From contig JAUPSS010000009.1 in assembly GCA_040285825.1 (NCBI GenBank), positions 744,001 through 808,000 on the forward strand: a DNA stretch of 64,000 nucleotides. The letters run 5' to 3'. The translations under genes and the position numbers were made by a program. This document shows positions 57,838-64,000 of the stretch, one piece after another. This stretch comes from Eukaryota sp. TZLM1-RC. Taxonomy: Eukaryota > Protista > Metamonada: BaSk clade. The notes below the pieces were generated by a model. It worked only from the letters and a program-made list of their open reading frames with translations. It did not search any database and was not told where the DNA came from. Numbering within the stretch: the stretch's first letter is position 1; each line of letters opens with the position of its first letter.

Positions 57838-60280
57838 AATGACATCTCCAGTATTACAGAAGAAGCCTCATATAGAAGAAAGTTCCCATGATGTCAGCCC
57901 TTTGCATTTGTTTCAATCATGTACACTGAATAATATGTTGAAGGTTATATTGGACCCTGGTGAAGATCGTCGAATGCATGGTGATAGGAAATCTATAATC
58001 CTCAATATTGTTAAAGAGTCCCCTCTATCTCATGATGCTCACTCGCTTATGTCGCAATGTAAATCCATTCAACGAGATTCTGCTAATGAAAACCTGTTCC
58101 ACTTTTTACAGGATGGACACTGTTTGGTCACCCTTGATATTCGTCAAACGCGTCCTCTCTCACCAACTCCTGAAGCACAATCATTACCACCCTACGGGAC
58201 TGATCCTCTTCTCAATATGATCTATCAATGTTCAGATGGTGACCCTCGAAGCAAGCTTTCGAGTACACTTCATCATTACCTAGACAACTTTAAGATGTTA
58301 TTGAACAATTATCATTCTCCGGTACTCCCTATCGTCAACTCTACTGGTCTTGGGAAAACGCGCTTAATGTTGGAATGTGTAAGACTTTTCATCATCCCAA
58401 CACTGGAATATCATACTTTTCATTTCCTAGATTAGAAAAAAATAGAAACAACTCTGAAAATGTCTGTTACACTTGGCCACCCACTGTGAAATTATCGGAA
58501 ATTTTTCAGGATTCTATTCCTTCAGATGAATCTTATAGCCTAGAACAACGTATTGCTGTTGTGGTCATTTATCTTGAGTGTCTTATTGTTGAAATCTTGC
58601 AAGAATCTCCGCTGGACACTATTTCATTAAACACTGCTGATGTTTGGATGAAGTATTCAAAGAGCATTAATTCTAGTACATCTTCCAGGTTTCTTTCCTT
58701 TATGAAATCGTGCAAGCAACCTTTTGAGAACGAGGATCATGTTCAGTTTGTAGAATCTCTTATTCAAGACTTGCCAATGGATAAGTATGTGGTATGTCTT
58801 GATGAAGTTGGAACTTTATTGTTCAGTTCTTCGTTTACTTCACACATTCAACTTGGTCCTCAATGGAATTTATATCGTTGCCTGCGATATGCTATTCGTA
58901 ATCTAGCTACCTTAAAATTAGTTATGGCTTTAGTATCTGGCACTCATATGTCGCTTAAAGGATTTGTTTCGGATACTATCAATGTTTCGTCCTTTCGTCC
59001 TCCAAAGCCTCCTTTGTATTTACTTGTACCAATTTTCTAGGCTAACACAATTCCACCTTTTATGACCGTTTTTACTGCCTTGGATCCCTCCATGTACTCT
59101 GAACGTCATTCACCTGATACACCCATAGCCCCTCTTCTCACTAAATCAGATTGCACAACTGCTCGTCCTATCTGGACAGCCTATGCTGCAGCTAACTGAT
59201 TTTTGAATTTTTTACCGGCCATTCGGGGTAAAGTAGCTAACGCTATGAAATGTTTCAAATTAGGAGCATCTACTGGAGCTTTTTGTACTCTTGTTGCCAA
59301 TTGTGGTTTGGTTTCTCACAATGTTATTTGTGAAGTTGTTGAAAATAGCTTTCATGTACTTGAGGGGGTGAACTTACCTGAGAATGTTGCTCAGTCACTT
59401 CCTTTTCTTTACAAGTGCCGTCCACTAAAAGATCCTCTCGTTATGAGCTTTTTATGGTCTTATCTGGAAACTGACGAACAATTCAACAGAGCTGCCAAGA
59501 ACGTTTTGGTGTCATTCCTACCTGTTCCCATCAGCGCCAGCTCTCTTGGTTTGTTGATGGAGTCATTTGCTTGCCTCATGTTGATGTTTCATCTTCAACA
59601 TTGCAAAAAATCTCAAAACATTGCTTCAGATGTTCCTTTTCTAACTTTAACATCCCTCGAATCGTTTCTCAGTTGCAAAATGCGGGAGGTTGGGGTATTT
59701 GAATTCCGACAACTTGGGACTTGCAATAAACCTTCTATGCCGTCTTATTGTGATGTCCAATCACAAGTTGAATTTCCCTTCAACCAATGGCGTTTGTCAG
59801 CCACCCAGTTAGAGGTTTTGACAGAAAAAGGTGAATTTAAGGACTATGCTGTGTTATTCTCGATTGTGGACAGCCTTTAAGGAACGCACTCTACTTCTTA
59901 TGCCCGTCAACAATCCTGGTATAGATGCAATTTTACCAATGGTCCATCAATCCGTTCTTGAAGAAACGGATCCCAATAGTTTTGTTCAAAGTCTTATAAA
60001 TAGCAAAAGTGCAGCAAATGTGATTGGTATTGTCAGAATTCAAGTGAAAGCAACAAAAGGACTTGCTTTCAATACGACCGTTTCCAACCTGTTTGCTCCT
60101 GACCTTCACGGAGTTGTTTCATTAGGTTTGGTTATGTCACTTCGAACAGCGACTGTTCCCAAGACCAAGCTTGATTATTTACCATTGACAGGAAATCGGA
60201 ACAAAGTTTGCTATTGTTGTCCTGACACCCTAAGATTTTCTGATATTTCTCAATTGTTATCTGTTCTCTCAGATCTTTAA
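57838..60280 (+). pseudogene. P-loop NTPase plus restriction-endonuclease-fold gene (Crinkler/RHS-type architecture), disrupted
   Basis: Walker A NSTGLGKTRL, Walker B VVCLDEVG, C-terminal 'NNPGIDAILP...IQVK' PD-(D/E)xK-like motif; frameshift near 58375, stops at 59040 and about 59197, frameshift near 59850. Confidence 0.65.
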
Positions 60281-60399
60281 TTTACGTCGATAATTTTGTC
60301 AAGACGGGTTCAATTAGAGTTTAGCTTAAACTCAGTCTCATATGATTTTAAGTCCTTCATTATTTCAGATCTGTGATCCGTAAGCTCATCAATTTTATA

Positions 60400-61855
60400 C
60401 CCAATGACCTTTGTCAACTTTTGTATTTATAAGTTTTAGTTACATGATCCATATACACTACCAGTATAACACCATCAGCGTGAATGTTGATTATTTGACA
60501 TTGCTGATGCAATAGGAAACACAATATTCAAAGTTCAGCAAATAATCTAATCCATCACTTTTTTTAAGTTCTGGATAAGTAAGCTAAGGACTTGGAACAT
60601 TTTGAAGGTTGATAAAAGCAGATTATTTGTCGAAACAGTGATGGATATCATAGAAATCTATGCAAAATGTCGATTGAATGGGGTATTCCTTTAAATACAC
60701 AGTTCATTGAACTTCTAAACCTACCTTGAAACACAATTAGCGATCAATTCATCAAAATGTATGATGTTTGAATAAAAACAATTTGTTAATATTGTAAATT
60801 TTTGCAAAATCAATATTTAATCAAATTTTGCGTTTTTTGGTTTGAACTCTTGATTTTTCCTTAAAATAAAATCAGAAAATGTGGAAAAGCTGGTTTAAAC
60901 AAGGTGCAAATTCATCTGCTCGATTGCAAAAATTTCTTTCTAGACTGTTTAAACTTAAATATTTATCCAATTTAATATTATCACAGAAAGAGAATGGGTT
61001 TAAGAGGGGTGCTTGAGCTGTATTTTTAAATTGAAAAGTTAAATATATATGCCTCAATTTGGGAGCTGTAACATCTGATGATTGGTGTATATGAAACATA
61101 TATTCACAATGTTTATTACCTCTTGTGCCACGGCCACCTCGGCCCCTAGATCTACTTTGGCCTCCATGAATATTCTTAAAACTATCGAAACTACCTCGGA
61201 ATTGTCTATTTCGGCCTCTTATTCGGTATCTGTTGGTAGAAACTCTACGGAATCCGTTGGTTCCTGATTCTCACTCTCTTTTTTTAATAGAGTGGCGAGG
61301 AGCGCTTCTCATTCAAGGCTTATGACAGGAGGTTTGTCCTGTGTAAAATTGGTCGTAGCCAGGGCTGTAGTAGCCGTTGAGTGGGCGTCTCGATTGGGAA
61401 GGGTTACCTCCAATGAGTTAGATTTGGAGTGGTGTTTTACGTGGAGCGACACGAAAAACACCGCTCGTTTGCGTGATAGTGGGGTGTTGACCCGAACTGA
61501 ATTGAATAGAAGTGAAATCGGCTTCACCTGAACTCGTTTGAGGAGGAATGAGGTGTAAAACACCTGAACTCTTCTCATGGGGAGTGGAGTGGGTTACAGT
61601 GGAACTCGCATCTTCATGTAGAATATTCATGGCATTTGAAATTATGTAAAGATGAGGGTTAAATAGGTCTCCACTGAAAGATGTCTGACATACCCCAGAC
61701 TTCTTTTTGCTGTTTGCTGTTTGGTGTGCCTGTGACGCACAATAATTATTGTTGCCGATAGGGATAATGCTGGTTGTAGGTGGATTAAGATAAAGATAGT
61801 TTTATTTAATGTTATTCTATATATATTTAAGGTACTCACAAGTGAGATACCTACA
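60400..61855 (-). mobile_element. Highly decayed Ty3/gypsy-like relic (candidate 5' LTR 61855-61750, broken ORF, RNase H-like remnant)
   Basis: TGTAGG...TATATATA...AATAAA...CGGCAACA followed by ATAATTATTG as in the array; RG-rich peptide; 'LAYLSRT', 'VVYMDH' near 60590-60440. Confidence 0.4.
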
Positions 61856-62162
61856 CTGAAATTAATTAATAAATGTTAAATGCAACAAGTTTGTTAGTTT
61901 TGTAGCTTTCAAGAATCCGCTTAAGTGTCCTAAAATTAATTTAGCCAAACATAGTGGTAGAAAGTTGAAACTTCCAATGTTTGACCTGTTCAATGGATAA
62001 AAGCATTGTTCTTTTCCAAATAAGGAACAAAATACAGTTTCATTGTTGATATTACAATAATTTACCAACAAAAGATTGAAAAGGATGGCATATAATCTTG
62101 AATGTATTACACTTACAAATGGTCAACCTCCAACTAACCGCATTTTCTCTAAAAGAACTTGC

Positions 62163-63800
62163 TCAGATAATGTGTATCTGATCCACCATTAAACGACAAG
62201 CTTTCTTGTAGTTGAACACATCATTATCTCTGGTTATTGACCTGGGGTAACGCAAGGAACCATGCAAAACATACTGATGGTTTGAGAAACGAATCGTATC
62301 AGCAGGGTCTTTTTCCCAATTAACAAAGAGCTCATGATTGAATTGATCCGCCAAACACCATTGAACATCATAAGCAAATCCTTGGTCACCTACTTCAACC
62401 ACAGTGCATTTTTGATCATTGACTACTTTGACGGTGACAATATCATCATATCTGGGATCAGAGAGGGCTAGTTTGAGCTTCATGATGTTTAAAAGCTTAT
62501 CATCAGTGACTTGCACACATTCATGGTCACGCATCGATTCATCTTGTAGAAACGCAACATCAAAGAAACCATCATACCATACTTTAGATCCACCAGTTTC
62601 ATAATAAAACAGGTCATCTTCAAGATCATATGCCTGCACTCCCTTGATGTCCTTGGTCACATACTCGAAATCTTGAATCGCTATGGGATGTATTGCTTCG
62701 ACGAGATGAGTACAGCTTTTGTCAAAATCAAAGATGGGGTCATTGGTGGCTAGCTGTCTGGAATTAGAGACAAAGATCAACATACTTGTGATCAGTGTAG
62801 GTACGAGACTCCCAACTTCCATCGTCTATTAGCACACGCCACTCAAGGACAAACTGATTACAAACATACCATTCAGATTCAAAGCTAAGGACTCTAGACT
62901 CTAGACCAATCATTCCACTGTCCTTGTAAAGAAAGCAATTCATATCGTTGTAGTTTGTTACACCAGCTGGCACAGTGTTGGAAGGAGGAATCATTAAATC
63001 GAACGTAGTGTACATTGAAATAAATTCATCCTCATTTGGATCAAGAGCGTGCTTGTGACAAGGACCAAAATTATCCTGGTACACTTCATAAAGGTTTTCT
63101 GGGTCAAACCAGATTGTAAAGAAATTACTTTGATGTGTTGCCTTGAGAAAGTAGTGACCATTAGCATGATCGAACGCAATAAGCATCAGTTGAACAGAAT
63201 CACCATCACCAAAACGATGCTCATAACGAACGCTAGCTTGCTGGTGAGGTGGGCTTGCGATGTCTCGACACTGCCTATTGAAATCCAAGAGTGGATCATC
63301 AGCCTTGATCTTTCTATGATTACTATAAAATCTAAACAAACTTGTGGTTTCTATATCTGAAAGATTCCCAGCTACCGTTAGAGTAAAAAATTGTTAATTG
63401 TTGGACGAAACGATCATGAATGCAGTGTTCCAGTGTCACAGTGTCATTTCCAACAGCTCTTGTTGATCGGAAGAGAACACATTCAACGTCACCAACTGTC
63501 TTGGAGCCCACTTTTTCGGCATCATTTTCAGGAATAGCAAAAACCACAGCAGCACCGAGTTCCTGAAAGAGAAAAGACGTTTCAAGGCGAAGACAATAGT
63601 CTGAGACTGAACTATCACCCTTCAGGAGAGCATTTTCCTCTTCACTGTACCAGAGCTTTACATTGTTCACAGTTCGATAGTAAGTTCTCTTTTCACTGTC
63701 AAAGGCCACAGTTGCTGTAACGGTTTTATCACCAAATGATACATCGTACTCAAATTGAACCATCTGGTTTGAGTATTGACCACACTCAATCGATTCATTT
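62163..63800 (-). CDS. Tandem-repeat-domain protein (at least 3 Cys-containing beta-rich modules), 5' end disrupted; introns 63314-63341, 62758-62785, 62242-62274
   Basis: Three homologous modules ending 'GSWES.(R/T)Y..HK' or 'DTIRFSNHQ', joined in frame by 28/28/33-nt GT-AG introns. Confidence 0.7.
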
Positions 63801-63809
63801 CAACAAGCC

Positions 63810-64000
63810 CAGTCCAACTTTTTGTTCTTTTAACTGGTGCCGTTTTTTGACAAGTTGGGCATCTTTTGATGTGGTTTATGAGGTCCTTTCTCATATTAGG
63901 CCAGAAAAAGTCGCTTTTGGACAGTTTATGTAGACTGTCGTTTTTGCTGGGGTGGCATTGATGCTTCCATTTGGCTTCTTCTTGGATGCCAACACTCGAA
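63810..64000 (-). mobile_element. Ty3/gypsy integrase fragment (H2C2 zinc-binding region)
   Basis: H..HP...FFWPNMRKDLINHIKRCPTCQK. Confidence 0.8.

Noticed and set aside
61775-61855. 81-bp TGTAGGT...ACCTACA element as a separate solo LTR or MITE
   Set aside because: No target-site duplication; better read as part of the 106-bp candidate LTR

Overview
AT-rich eukaryotic DNA, probably from an anaerobic protist: it has a pyruvate formate-lyase gene, RAD23, a SMARCAD1/Fun30-like SNF2 gene, 28-33 nt GT-AG introns and the standard genetic code. Host genes (START-domain protein, LtaS-like membrane sulfatase, SNF2, PFL, a macrodomain-like ORF, RAD23, two identical tRNA-Asn(GTT), a repeat-domain gene) lie among many decayed mobile elements. 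These include several lineages of CRE-type non-LTR retrotransposons (one near full length), a pogo-like DNA transposon with TIRs, Ty3/gypsy relics and a Crinkler/RHS-type NTPase+REase pseudogene. The dominant feature is a 20.3-kb head-to-tail array (10545-30802) of a pol-less LTR element: 22 LTRs of 141 bp (TG...CA) alternate with 21 Gag-only internal regions (CCHC knuckle, PPT), and the whole array is bounded by one 4-bp target-site duplication (CAAT). The 957-bp unit is a single open frame closed by TAA-ATG. A palindrome (CAATAATTATTG) sits where a tRNA primer-binding site is expected, and a candidate intron would splice out that site. All protein family calls are by motif recognition only; no database search was run.
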